Source: Antedon mediterranea
Taxonomy: Eukaryota; Animalia; Echinodermata
DNA length: 64,000 nucleotides
Direction: 5' to 3'
Assembly: GCF_964355755.1 (NCBI RefSeq)
Contig: NC_092674.1
Coordinates: 7,378,001-7,442,000 of the forward strand
Position numbers and translations under genes: made by a program. Below are positions 41,997 to 54,257 of the stretch, in pieces. The notes beneath the pieces were generated by a model. The model searched no databases. It was given only the letters and a program-made list of their open reading frames with translations, and had not been told where the DNA came from. Numbering within the stretch: position 1 is the first letter of the stretch; each line of letters starts with the position of its first letter.

Positions 41997-44900
41997 CCCA
42001 GGTAAAAATTCCAGTTGAGAACAGTTGGAAATTTCAACTGGTCCAACTGGTCTTCAACTGGTCTAACTGGTTTCCAACTGGTTCAACTGGTTTTAACAAC
42101 TGGTCAACTGGTTTTTCAACTGGTCTAACTGGTTTTTCCAACTGGTCAACTGGTTTTTCCACTGGTCAACTGGTTTTTCAACTGGTCGACTGGTTTTTCA
42201 ACTGGTCAACTGGTTTTTCAAACTGGTCAACTGGTTTTTCAACTGGTCAACTGGTTTTTCAAACTGGTCAACTGGTTTTTCAAACTGGTCAACTGGTTTT
42301 TCAACAGGTCAACTGGTTTTTCCAACTGGCCAACTGGTATTCCCAAAGCTCAACTGAGTTCAACTAGTCAACTGGTCCAATCGGTTTTTCAACCGGGCAA
42401 GGTTGTTTCAATTGGTTTTGCAACTAGTTTTTTTCCTAACAACCAAGGGAATTCGGAGAAGAGCGAAAGCGGATGGCTGGGTGTACGTCGTGGGAGTACG
42501 GGAGAGGACCCAGGGGAGAGGTGGGGGGGGGGTTCTAGGTTGAGGTGACGGGAATAGAAGCATGGTCCGTAATTACCATTCAAAATACAATTAATATTAT
42601 TATTTGTAATCCTATATTATTGCAACAAACAATTATTTAAATTAAATCAAATAAAATCGAGTAAAGAATAAGAAATACTGCACAACTTTTTGAAAATAAT
42701 GGAGCATGCGTCGTATAGGCCGGCAGACCGTAAACAACCAATCAGAAAACTGCAAGCCAACAGCCAAAAACGGCTCCCTTTGTTTTTGTGCCAGTGTAGC
42801 TCGGCGGCAAAATCGGCGATCACGCAGCACAGAGATGCCAGGTCTAGAATGGGTATTATTGGCTAATCGCATCAAATTAAGGATGAGGCACAAATGTTGC
42901 TGTTTTATAAAAGGTAGGCCTGACATATATGTCTATTATTATCTCTTATTACTATAGGCATAGGCCTACAAACTATGATCAAAGATCGACAACAAAATGG
43001 AGGCCTCGCCGCTCGCTGCATGCTGGCTAGTAAGCTAGGCGCTTCAGCCTTGGCTTGCCCCACCTTGCTAGCTGATTGATTACATGGCTGTGTACGACCG
43101 CAAATTGTCTTATTGGCCTCTACATAGTACTAGCCTATAGTAGGCTAGAAACAAAGCCCAACAATACTATATTATTAACCTATTATTAGCCTACATGTCA
43201 TTACCACACAAACGAGATTTATTTCCATTCATCCATTCATGATCACTTTTGTTATTTTGGCCTACTAGGCTAGGCCTCTAGTAGTTGTAGGCCCAAACTA
43301 GCTACAGTAGTACTACTGTTCTTCATGTTGTATTATCACTACTCTAGCTAGTGTCGTGATGACATGCATGGCTGCTATTTTAACATATCCTAAGCCTAGG
43401 CTAGCCTACTAATCTAATAATAAAGCAAACTAATCCATGCTGTTTTAGTCTGTCTCCGTTTCCTTAAACTAAATATCCTATATTTCTTAATTTTCCTTCA
43501 ATTTTTTTCATACACAATTGCAGGTGATTTACAGTTTACTTGAATACAACAAACAAGGCTATAAACCAACCAAAAAAGTACAGCAGTACAATTTGAAGGG
43601 TAAATATATTTATGTATTGTATACTTTCTTTCTTGGAATGATCCAAAAAAATAGTTATTTATATGGCTTTTGGCCCAAATAATATACAATTTAACAATTC
43701 AATCAATAACATTAGAGTGCGTTTAAGAATTCTGTTCTACGTTAAAATGAAAAAAATATATATATTTTCCAAGCTTAGTAATGAGATATTTGTAGTAGAC
43801 ATAAGATAAATATATTTTAATTTAGAGGGGTTATTTGTATAAAATGAAAATATATTTAGTTCTAATATCTGAATAAAAGGGACAAACTAAAGTGAAATGA
43901 TACTCATCTTCAATAGAGAGAAATGGCGAACCGACGCACGTCTAAAATCCGAGTGGGTATAAAATCATAACAAACCGTTGAGGGCGACACATTTCCTATG
44001 TTTATACACGTGAATCATGGCGTTGTCTAACCAATGTTGTTGCTGTAACGCTCATAATTCTTGTTGTATTTGTGTATTTACACAATAAAACAATGAAATA
44101 TGTATAAAAGTCATCCATCATTCACAATCATATTCCTAAAAATATCTCATATCTGTAGGTCTACATTAGACTTGGCCTATAGTATTATAGTAGAATGGTG
44201 TTATCAAGCATCATTACTGGCGGTAGCCCCCCTGCAGGAAGCATCACTAGCCACATAACAAAATGGCAGTTGTCAAGCTGAAACTAATGCTAGTCCTACA
44301 TCTACTAGAGAGGCTCTATTTAGTCTTACTACCTAGCTAGGAGACGCCTAGCAGCACCCTAGCTAAAGTAGTAGTAGTACAGTATGCAATAAAGAATTTC
44401 CAATATTATTATTATAATAACCGATAATCCGTGCTAGGCTCGAGGTACTACAGCATACATGCCAACTATCTAGGGCCTAGAGCTGGGTACAGTATACAGT
44501 ATATAACAAAAACGCGTCTTAATTCAATCCAAATTAAAATAAAATATGTTAAGATTTGCCCATATAACATTAAAATTGATAAGGGTGTTGCAAAAAAAAA
44601 AAGATACTGCTATTATGTGTGTTTTAAACGTTCTTTTCTACCTTCCTTTTTAACTCAACCCATCGGAATTTCCCATACAAAAACATGTGGCGAAATGGTT
44701 TGTTTACAATCTATACCCACTCGGTGAAATTTGAGTGACGTCATCGCGGTTCGCCATTTCTCTCTATTGCTTGTAGAGAACATAATTTGGATAATCATTA
44801 ATTAATAAATTGATTAATATATGATTCCATCTTCCTTTTTCAGTAAAACAGTATATAAATTGATACTTGAGATTTGAATTTGATTTATTCCTTGTACTAC

Positions 44901-45504
44901 CAGTATATTGTTTATTTAATCAATTTGTTTTGGTTTTTCTCTTTCAGGACTAATTTTGTCAACATGACTAAATAAAGAAGGTGGCCATAACTTCATAAAT
45001 ATATTACTGAATAAATCTCCATTTTCATGGACCTGTAAAAAGGAAACGGCAGGGATATGCTGACATTTGTGTAGATGTAGGGGTTATGCAGGTCGTTAAG
45101 ACCTTTGTGGGGTAATTAACTACAGTACTGCAGAATTGAAAGTAACTACTGTAATTGTAAATATTAAAGTTAATAAAATAAACAGTTAAACAATAAGTTC
45201 TGTAGTTTGTGTAATTTGTTTTTGTACTGAAATTTACCAGTTGGGAAAATTCTCAACTGGGAAAAATGTACAACTGGGAAAATTTACAACTGGGATTGAT
45301 CAGACCAGTTGGAAAATTCACAACTGGGATTATCAGACCAGTTGAGAAATTTACAACTGGTAAAATTTACAACTGGGATTATCAGACCAGTTGGAAAATT
45401 CACAACTGGGAAATTCACAACTGGTAATTGTCTCAATTCACAACAGGGAAAATTCCCAACTGGGAAATTTCCCAACTGGTCTTCAACTGGAATTTTTACC
45501 TGGG
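41997..45504. mobile_element. Non-autonomous CACTA/EnSpm-like DNA transposon inserted in the Gypsy 3' LTR
   Basis: Perfect TIR CCCAGGTAAAAATTCCAGTTGA / TCAACTGGAATTTTTACCTGGG. 2-bp TSD CT, since the other LTR reads TTAGCTAGAAAAG. Subterminal CAACTGG arrays at about 42035-42430 and 45235-45490. No transposase ORF. Superfamily inferred from CCC ends, 2-bp TSD and arrays. Confidence 0.85.
43911..44769. mobile_element. MITE nested in the EnSpm-like element
   Basis: TIR CAATAGAGAGAAATGGCGAACCG / CGGTTCGCCATTTCTCTCTATTG, with CTT on both flanks. Confidence 0.8.
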
Positions 45505-45661
45505 CTAGAAAAGTGAAGGTAACAGGAAGGTAACCTGTCAATGTGAGGTTAAATAAAGAGATATATAGAGGATGTATAAATAATCAAATTAAAAGTAAAT
45601 GTTGAATTGTTTAAAAGCTATGTGGTAGGTCTGCTACAGGAGCCCCCTTCCAGTGAAAGAA

Positions 45662-48600
45662 TTAATGATAGAACGAGACAAAACGTTGAGGGAAATGAAC
45701 ATGTCTACCAGAACGAGTAGTACGGGGAGGGGTTGCCAAAATGGGTGACGGGTTGGTTGGTTTGACTAGGGGTGATGCTTGTAGCTTGGGAGTGAGGGTT
45801 TGCTCTTGGCTTTTAAATATATCAGTATCCAAATGAGCTACCTTTAAGCGATCAATACTGACTGTGTCCTGTCGACCATTTAGATCGAGAACAAAGTGTT
45901 TGTCTGTTCGACTTAATACCTTAAATGGACCATCATATGGACGTTGTAAGGGTTTTCGAACAGAGTCCCTTCGCACAAAAACATGGGTACAATTAAATAT
46001 TTCTTGATTGATATAGGATTTACGGTTAGAGTTGGTGCGGGTAGGTGTGGGACGTAGTTTACTCATATTATCACGCAATCTATCAATATAATTAGAATAA
46101 TCACAATGTTCAGAGTTTGAATTAAAGAATTGTCCAGGTAATCTTAAAGTAGTGCCATAAACAAGTTCAGCTGCACTATGACCTAGATCAGCCTTAAGGG
46201 CTGTACGAATGCCTAAAAGTACTATAGGTAAATGTTCTGTCCATTTAGTGTGATCATTATGTGCTTTGAGAGAACCCTTCAAATGTCGATGAAAACGTTC
46301 TACAAGTCCGTTCGCAATAGGATGGTATGCAGTTGTATGAATGTGCTTAGTTCCTAGTAAGTTGGCGAGTGAATGAAATAATGCAGATTCAAATTGTCTT
46401 CCTCGATCTGTTGTAATGGTTGAAGGTATTCCGAATGAAGCGATCCATCGATTGACAAATGCGTGTGCGACAGTATCGGCTGTGATATCCGGAATAGGTA
46501 CGGCTTCGGGCCATCGAGTAAAACGATCGATAAAAGTGAGTAAATAAGAAAAACCATTTGACGGAGGGAGAGGTCCAACAATATCTATATGTACATGGTC
46601 AAAACGGGCGTCAGGTGTAGAAAAAGTAGAGAGTGGCGAAACGGTGTGCCGGTGTACTTTGGAACGTTGACATTGAATGCATGTTTGAGACCATCGTCGT
46701 ACATCACGATTGATTGCTGGCCATACGAAACGGTCAGTAATTAAACGTTGTGTTGCTCGTATACCAGGATGTGATAGCGAATGTAGAGTGTCAAATATTA
46801 TGCGTCTGAATTCTTGTGGGATATATGGACGTGGATTGCCTTTGGAAATATCACAAAGAATTGTAGAGTCAGAAGTTGGAATTGGAAAGTTTTGAAATTG
46901 TAGTGAAAACGGTGATTCAAGTAGCTTGTGCAATTCATCGTCATTCTTTTGTGCAGCAGCAATAAGACTAAAATCAACAATGTTAGTTGTGTTGTGACTG
47001 AAAGTATTAAGTTCGATTCGCGACAATGCATCAGCTGCTGCATTAGCTTTTCCACTCACATGGCGTATGTCCGTTGTGAATTGAGATATGAAATCGAGAT
47101 GACGGATTTCGCGTGGCGAGTGACGATTTGGTTTGGCGAGTAAAGCATACACAAGTGGCTTATGGTCAGTAAAAATATGAAATGAGCGTCCTTCAAGTGA
47201 ATGACGAAAATGTTTAACTGAAAGGTATGCCGCCAAAAGTTCACGACCAAATGTGCTGTATCGCGTCTGCGCTGGTTTCAACTTCTGTGAGAAAAATGAA
47301 ATAGGTTGCCAATTGTTGTCAATGCATTGTTGTAGTATACCCCCTATGGCCACATCCGAAGCGTCAACCATGATACTTAAAGGTGCATCTTGCTGCGGAT
47401 GGGTGAGAAGTGTAGCACTTGCGAGGGCGACTTTAATATTATTAAATCCCAATAAAGCTGCGTCGGTCCATACCAGATCCTGTTTCTTACCTGCCCCAAC
47501 AAGTAGAGCTGTGACAGGTTGTAAAATCTGGGCACACTGCGGTATAAATCGCCTATAAAAGTTAATAAGTCCAAGGAATTCACGTAGTTTGCGTAAAGAA
47601 GTTGGTTGTGGAAAGTTTTGTATCGCTTCGACCTTTACTTGAAGTGGTCGGACACCTTGCGAATCAACATGATGTCCAAGAAACTCGAGTGACGAAACTC
47701 CAAATTGGCATTTCGCTGGGTTGAGAACAACGCCATACTCATTAAGACGTGTGAATAGTTGATGAAGATGAGTTTCGTGTTCCTCGGCGTTGGAACTTGC
47801 AACAAGCAGGTCGTCGATATAAGCGTAGCAAAAATCCAATCCACGCGTTACCTGATCAATAAAACGTTGAAAAGTTTGAGCGGCATTGCGGAGGCCAAAT
47901 GGCATTCTAACAAATTCAAAAAGTCCAAATGGTGTAGTAATTGCTGTTTTATGAACATCAGCAGGTTCAACTGGTATCTGATGGTAAGCTCGGACGAGAT
48001 CAATCTTAGAAAATATAGTGGATCCGTGCAGAGATGCTGTAAAATCGTGCATGTACGGGATAGGATACCGATCTGCAACAGTAGCATTGTTCAATGCTCG
48101 ATAATCCCCACAGGGACGCCAATCCCCAGGAGTTTTCTTAGGCACCATATGTAAAGGTGATGCCCAGTTACTTTTAGAGGGGCGTATAATTCCAAGCTGC
48201 ATCATGTGTTCAAATTCATGTCTGGCTGTTTTGCAGCGGTCATGTGCGAGCCGTCGAGGATGTGACGAAATTGGTGGGCCATGGGTCTGAATATGATGTG
48301 TCACATCGTGTTTTAGCGACGCTTCCTGATAACAAGGGCGTGTAATGTTTGGGAATTTTGTAAGAATGTAGTCCCAATTGGACTTAGCCTCAAGGGTGGT
48401 AAATATAAGACCGAGAGGCGAAGTTTTGGAGGCGACACCTTGAATACTCAGGTTGGTGGTAGTGTCAATGAGTCGTCGATTATTCATATCGACTAACAGT
48501 CCAAAATGTCTTAAAAAATCAGCCCCTATGATGGGGTGTGTGACGTCTGCGACAACAAATAACCATTGAGATGTTCGTCTCAAACCTAAGTCTAAGGTTA

Positions 48601-48847
48601 CAGAGCGATGTCCATAAGTGTTGATAGATGTATTATTTGCGGCAGTCAAAGTAGACTCTTGTCGCCTATGTAGACGCTCATGGCGAGTAGGTGGAACAAC
48701 GCTAACTTCTGCCCCAGTGTCTATGAGGAAACGTTGTTTGGATAATTGATTAACAATAAAGAAAAGGCGACTTACGATTTGACGGCCAGCAACATTCGTC
48801 GCATTTAGTTGTCGGCGTTGGAGTTTTCCGAACACGGCGGATTGCAT
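45662..48847 (-). CDS. Gypsy pol (protease-RT-RNase H-integrase), in the -1 frame relative to gag
   Basis: [86 protein letters not shown]; no stops over 1061 codons. Confidence 0.95.
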   Translation of the reverse strand: MQSAVFGKLQRRQLNATNVAGRQIVSRLFFIVNQLSKQRFLIDTGAEVSVVPPTRHERLHRRQESTLTAANNTSINTYGHRSVTLDLGLRRTSQWLFVVADVTHPIIGADFLRHFGLLVDMNNRRLIDTTTNLSIQGVASKTSPLGLIFTTLEAKSNWDYILTKFPNITRPCYQEASLKHDVTHHIQTHGPPISSHPRRLAHDRCKTARHEFEHMMQLGIIRPSKSNWASPLHMVPKKTPGDWRPCGDYRALNNATVADRYPIPYMHDFTASLHGSTIFSKIDLVRAYHQIPVEPADVHKTAITTPFGLFEFVRMPFGLRNAAQTFQRFIDQVTRGLDFCYAYIDDLLVASSNAEEHETHLHQLFTRLNEYGVVLNPAKCQFGVSSLEFLGHHVDSQGVRPLQVKVEAIQNFPQPTSLRKLREFLGLINFYRRFIPQCAQILQPVTALLVGAGKKQDLVWTDAALLGFNNIKVALASATLLTHPQQDAPLSIMVDASDVAIGGILQQCIDNNWQPISFFSQKLKPAQTRYSTFGRELLAAYLSVKHFRHSLEGRSFHIFTDHKPLVYALLAKPNRHSPREIRHLDFISQFTTDIRHVSGKANAAADALSRIELNTFSHNTTNIVDFSLIAAAQKNDDELHKLLESPFSLQFQNFPIPTSDSTILCDISKGNPRPYIPQEFRRIIFDTLHSLSHPGIRATQRLITDRFVWPAINRDVRRWSQTCIQCQRSKVHRHTVSPLSTFSTPDARFDHVHIDIVGPLPPSNGFSYLLTFIDRFTRWPEAVPIPDITADTVAHAFVNRWIASFGIPSTITTDRGRQFESALFHSLANLLGTKHIHTTAYHPIANGLVERFHRHLKGSLKAHNDHTKWTEHLPIVLLGIRTALKADLGHSAAELVYGTTLRLPGQFFNSNSEHCDYSNYIDRLRDNMSKLRPTPTRTNSNRKSYINQEIFNCTHVFVRRDSVRKPLQRPYDGPFKVLSRTDKHFVLDLNGRQDTVSIDRLKVAHLDTDIFKSQEQTLTPKLQASPLVKPTNPSPILATPPRTTRSGRHVHFPQRFVSFYH

Positions 48848-49740
48848 TTTCGAGCATTTACTCCAAATTTTTCATGGTACCAACAGAGTTGAGGAGTGTT
48901 GTTTGAATGTTGAGCTGAGCGATTGGTACTGTTAATAGGTTGAGCAGGAGATGAATGCCTACCACTCGATCGATTTCGGTGTCGACTTGTGCTGCGACTT
49001 TGATATCTGTTGTGCCGTCGGTCAGATTGCAAGGAATTAACTTGCGTCGACAGTTGTTGAATCTGTTTTTGCAGGTTTTCAAGGGTCGCAGACAAAGAGG
49101 GTGTATTGTCCGTGTGTACTGCCGATACATTTGTTGGCGCAGTTGCAGTTACAGATACTTCAATAATTTTGTCAGCCAATGATGTCAAGCTTCCAAGGTC
49201 CAACTCATCCTTGGTTGAAGCTAGGATAAGCTGTACATTAGTTGGGAGGCGACTTAAGAATAGTTGTTTCATAATTGAAGATTCAAGTGGCCTGTCGCCT
49301 AAGAGTTGTAACATCCGTCGGTATAATTGCGACGGTTTCCTATCCCCCAACTCCTCGGCCGTCAGGAGTTGGCGGAGGCGCTGTTGGTCGGAGTCAGTTG
49401 TCCGACGTATTAAGGTATCTTTCAAGTTCACATACCTGTTATCAGTAGGCGGGTTGAGAAGTAGATCCCGAACTTCCTGCGCAATTTCAGGTTGCAATGA
49501 TCCGACTAAGTAAGCGTATTTTGTAGCATCTACTGTAATCCCACGCGTTGTGAACTGTGCTTCCACTTGGGTGAACCACAATATCGGATCATTGGGCCAG
49601 TATGGAGGCAGTTTCAACGCTACCGAAGAAATTGGCCTGTTGACGATTGCTGCGTCAGGAGCGGGCACCACAGGTTGTTCCTGGTGCTGGGGTTGTGCTG
49701 GAGATTGCGGTAGCTGTCGTTGTTGCTGTTGTCCTTCCAT
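48805..49740 (-). CDS. Gypsy gag
   Basis: 311-aa ORF with [31 protein letters not shown] and the C-terminal knuckle [18 protein letters not shown]. Confidence 0.9.
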   Translation of the reverse strand: MEGQQQQRQLPQSPAQPQHQEQPVVPAPDAAIVNRPISSVALKLPPYWPNDPILWFTQVEAQFTTRGITVDATKYAYLVGSLQPEIAQEVRDLLLNPPTDNRYVNLKDTLIRRTTDSDQQRLRQLLTAEELGDRKPSQLYRRMLQLLGDRPLESSIMKQLFLSRLPTNVQLILASTKDELDLGSLTSLADKIIEVSVTATAPTNVSAVHTDNTPSLSATLENLQKQIQQLSTQVNSLQSDRRHNRYQSRSTSRHRNRSSGRHSSPAQPINSTNRSAQHSNNTPQLCWYHEKFGVNARKCNPPCSENSNADN

Positions 49741-50967
49741 TTTAAGTTAAATTCGGTATAAGAAAGTCGAGGGTCACCACTTTAGTAATTGTCGGCGCAA
49801 CGGTAAAACAAAACAACTACTAAATGTATACAGTAAACTATGCAATTTATTCCAAGTGAATCAAGTGAGGATTCTCAATAAATAGATAAAATATACAATA
49901 TACAATATTTGATAAGACAATGCAGTAAACGGTGTAGCTAAGATGCTGGTTGAGAAAAGAGTGTGTTAATAATGTGGTCAGTGCATGGTAATATTGGGCT
50001 TGGCCCATCTCATCTGACCAATTAGGATTAAGAGAATTAATGTGGTTTTCTGTTAGAGTCATTAACATTCTTAAAATCCATTAGCTAGAAAAGTGAAGGT
50101 AACAGGAAGGTAACCTGTCAATGTGAGGTTAAATAAAGAGATATATAGAGGATGTATAAATAATCAAATTAAAAGTAAATGTTGAATTGTTTAAAAGCTA
50201 TGTGGTAGGTCTGCTACACTATTAATAGCACTTCTGGAATGTTCTTGATTGTTCTTATTAATTATACATGGTTTCTTAAATCAAAACATCTTATTCTAGA
50301 ATGTTCTTGTAGATACTAAGTTACTGTATCTGTTTAGGAATGGTAATTTATTACAATTATATGTCCGGTTATTAGTTTACAACAAAGTTCATGCTTATGA
50401 CTTACCTAAACAAATTGGATTAATTATTATGACTTGTTCTAAATTATCTGCAACGAACATTTTAGCCTAGATTCACAGGTTTTAATTTCTGTATTTTTGT
50501 GGTAATTTCGAGGAATTACAATTTTTCATAACTAACATTTGTTGAACCAAAAAAGAGTCTTGATGCTTACACTCAGGAACAGGACAATTTTATTATTCTT
50601 TCCTCCTCATAGTTTTCAGTTGATACAATAACTGGTGGCTAATAGAGCAATTGGATATTGATTGATTATTATTGTTGCCTGGGTTTTGTGGTCGATCGAT
50701 CGATGAGATGACGAACAAAGAATAGAACGATAACCGTGAAAAGAAACTGGTATGTAAGTCTAAACAATATTAATATTGCTATTGTAGGCAAAAACACTTG
50801 CAGCACCTCATGGTTCTGACAAAGTAGTTTGTCTATTGTATATATTATTATTTTACAATCGTTCAATGCTACGTGCATGTTTACGTATGTTATTACTACC
50901 GCAAGAGTAAATACTAATATTGCGCCCTTTATTGCTTTTAAAGATTATTCAAGAGTGTTCATCTGTC

Positions 50968-52354
50968 ATGGCATCTAAAGAAGTGATTAAAGGAATTGAA
51001 GCCGCAGCACTAGAGTGTCCTTTTATGTATGAACCGCTTCAAAAGACCTAAGATTCTAACATGTGTTCATTCATTCTGTCTTAGATGTCTTGAAAAATGG
51101 GTGAAGAAAAGCAATGGAGAACTAAGCTGCCCAACATGTCGTGATGTTTGCCAGATTCCAGAAGGAGGGCTTAAAAACCTGAAGAACAACATGTTCATCA
51201 GTGGCTTGTTGGACTACGTTATGACATTGGAGCAGAAGACAGCTCCAACCTGTAGTCTTTGTAGTACAGTAGCACGTTTCGTCTGTCAAGACTGTGATGA
51301 GTTGTATTGTACAAGTCACAGAAGTGACCACACAAAAATGAAGATGTCACAACATCATTGCATTGTTACGTTGGAAGAATATGCTACTCTTGATCCTTTG
51401 GAGCGTCTGGCTTCTAAACCTGTGTTATGCTCTGAACATAATATGCCATTTCTTTTCTACTGTGACTCGTGTGAGATTCCTGTATGCGTTGGATGTACAC
51501 AAATTGAACATTCTAAATCTGATGGTCATAACATAGTCGAAATAAAAACTGCGTTTGAATCATTCTCAACACGTTCACAAAGCTTCATTAAAACAGCAGA
51601 TGAAAGATTAGGTAGCCTTCAATCAATTGCTAATGAACTGAAAAAGAAGGAGGCATTGGAAATGTCTACTTACAAGAAGCGTCAAGCGACAATTACAGAA
51701 GAAGCAGATAAAGCACACCGATTGATTGATCAGTATAAAACGGAACAGTTACAAGAACTCGAATCAACTTACCAACGCAACCTTAAATTACTTAACGCCC
51801 ATGTAAGTGATGTTGAATTAGCTATTGCTAAATTCTCCAGTATGCAGGGAATTGCACATACCTTGATACATAGCCCAAACCATGCTATGGCACTAAGGTC
51901 AAGTTCCGATGTTTCCAAACGAATGGACGAACATTTAAAGCAAAATGTAATTACTGATGATATGCAGAAACCAAATGTTTCAAAGTACAATAACTCCAGA
52001 TTAGAAGTATTAGTGAAATCTGCAACTGATATTTCAAAATCAACATTAATTGATGATTTTGGAATAACGTTTATAACGAGGGATTCCAAAGGAGCAGCTG
52101 TCTATATAAAAGATTTAAAAGTCAAATGCTGGAGAGTAGACCATAAATCAACTAAGGATAATAGACCCGACTGTGTGTCATTACGTATCACTGATGAACA
52201 CAATGGCCGTTACATCATTGAAGATAGCATTTGGTTGTCAAGTTGTACTTTGATCTGTCTAATTATTAATGGATCTGATGTATTATTCAAAACTTTTAAG
52301 ATTGATTCAAGGGGTTCCTGGTCTATAAACCCATCGGACCTCATACTTCTTTAA
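50968..52354 (+). pseudogene. TRIM-type E3 ligase gene copy 2; one extra T frameshifts the first RING CxxC (could be an assembly error), otherwise intact
   Basis: ATG at 50968 (MASKEVIKGIEAAALEC). TGT CC TTTT A TGT at 51016-51028 has 4 T where 3 would keep frame with copy 1. ORF 51029-52354 carries the rest of the RING, both B-boxes, the coiled coil and the ITDEHNGRY tail. Confidence 0.85.
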
Positions 52355-52623
52355 ATAAGAATTATGTGTTTATTAAATTAACTTCACCTTAAATCATAGT
52401 AGGTTCGGTAAACATATTTGTTTCTCAGAAAAAAATTTACCACCGCTAGTTAAGTTTATACTGTACTATAATAAATTGTGTATTATTGTTATATATTCAG
52501 TTTTATATATATAGTTCAGTTTCAAAAGATTTTTGAATTACATATTTACCAGTCAATTTATTGTTTAAATCATTGTAGGAATTATTTCAGTCGACATTGA
52601 TATTTACTTCATTATGATATTAA

Positions 52624-54257
52624 AGTGGGGTTCCGGGTTTAAATTGAATAGTAAAAAATGTAAAATATATTTGTTTGTCTCTTGAACGGTAAAAGTTTCA
52701 ATTTATATAAGCGCCCAGTGAAGCAGAACGAAGGCTGTGAAATGAGGCCAGATTACAAGTGCAGCTACGGCAAAATCACACTGTGGTTACAGAATACGAA
52801 ATTCGTGAAATGGTCAATCTTCCGACGACTCGTTATCATTAACCATATCAATTACTTTTGTAAAATTATACTTATCTTATGTAATTTTAGTCGGTCTTCC
52901 CATTTATAAAATCAATTTTCTATGAAAATCCATCAAAACAGTGAAAAATTAGATAAGTTTGCACTTTACGTTTGCCGATTTTCGCACTGACTTAGGGAAA
53001 GCCTTCAAAATCAATGAAGCGTAACGTATACAATCCTGCACCACCTGCTGAGCGAGGAGAGCGAGACGACGATACACGCGCTCTCTCTCTGCCCATACCT
53101 GGCATCGTCACGTGATAAGCAGATACAGTATACAATACCAAACTGGTCGGGTCGAGTATACCCCGTCTATATCACAACATGAACGATGTACAGTATTTGA
53201 TTGAAGGTCGACTCAACCTACCGGAATGGTATAGATAATATAGCTCGAATGAAAGAGTTGGAATATTTGTAAACATAAGTACAGTATTGCTAATTTTAAC
53301 AAGTGTAGCCTATAGTAAATGGCCTGGTAGTATCAATTCGCATAGGGTCTACTACACTAGCTAGCTCAATTTTTAACTGGGCCGGATCGGCTAGGCTAGG
53401 CTAGCTAGGTCTCCTTCCTACTACCGGTCTACTTGCTTGATGCAGTATCCGCTTTTTTGGAGAGTAAACTAACTAGGCCTACTTATTAGACGTGCGGACG
53501 GCGATCGGACCTTGTTTTGCCTCAATATTTACAGCCGATTTTTGTAGAACGTTTTAGGTTTAGGCCTAGATTGTTTAGGAGTTTGGTTTTGATAGGATGG
53601 GTTTGGAATCCACTGAGTTTTGTTATTTATGGGCCAATCGTTTAGTAATAGGCTAGCTAGGCCCATGAATGATGGCCCCAATGCAATGTTTTAACGTAGC
53701 CATCGTGGCATGGAATCCCTAGTCAGAAATGGCTCTCACCCCGGCATGAATAAAATGATTTAGGCTAGGCCTAGCCTACTAGTACGTGAAGCCGATATAC
53801 GATCTGTACTATTAATTCGAGGTATAAAAATAGTATAATTTATGACTCCGTAATCTGTACTAAATTTTGTATTTCATTAAATGTCAAATAAATATATGCT
53901 ACTACTGTTATTATTACACTTTAGGCCTAGCTTAGCAAATCTACAAAAAAATGTATTTCACAATGATCGGGTGGTCATCGTTTGACAGAGGAGAGAGAAC
54001 ATAACGTACAAGCTTGACGTCGCGAGTTTGGAATCCACTGATGACGTGATTTTGTGAATATCTCATGAATATTAATGAGCTTCCCTAAGCTGCTGAAAAA
54101 CAGACTTTCCATGAATTTACCCTAAAATGTATATGAAATTTAATTTTTTTAATTTCTCGTTATTACTTCTTCATTCTGACATGTCTATATTGTTATAATG
54201 TTTTTTATTTAATAAATAAACGATATTTAAAAGCAATTTTAAACCCAGAATCCCCCT
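52624..54257. mobile_element. Non-autonomous TTAA-targeting (Kolobok-like) DNA transposon
   Basis: TTAA at 52620-52623 and 54258-54261. Imperfect TIR AGTGGGGTTCCGGGTTTAAA / TTTAAACCCAGAATCCCCCT. Empty site GATATTAAAGTTCAAG at 33701. Confidence 0.85.

Larger units (their letters stand above)
41691..50218 (-). mobile_element. Ty3/Gypsy LTR retrotransposon with intact gag and pol; 3' LTR interrupted by a DNA transposon
   Basis: LTRs at 49781-50218 (438 bp) and 41691-45638 (same sequence plus a 3.5-kb insertion). TSD CTAT(T) at 41687 and 50219. PBS TGGTGACCC (minus strand, 49771-49779; tRNA-Trp type). PPT GAAGGGGG just inside the 3' LTR. Confidence 0.96.
41326..50355. mobile_element. Solo LTR-like element (about 500 bp: 41326-41690 plus 50223-50355) split by the Gypsy insertion
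   Basis: TGTCAC...TTACA ends; TSD ATTAT at 41321-41325 and 50356-50360. The paralogous segment near 55085-55120 lacks it. Minus-strand TATA-like GTATATAAGGGG near 41613-41624. Confidence 0.75.

Noticed and set aside
42035-42430. Regular short repeats superficially like a CRISPR array or telomeric repeat
   Set aside because: No unique spacers and a eukaryotic context; the array lies just inside the TIR of a DNA transposon.
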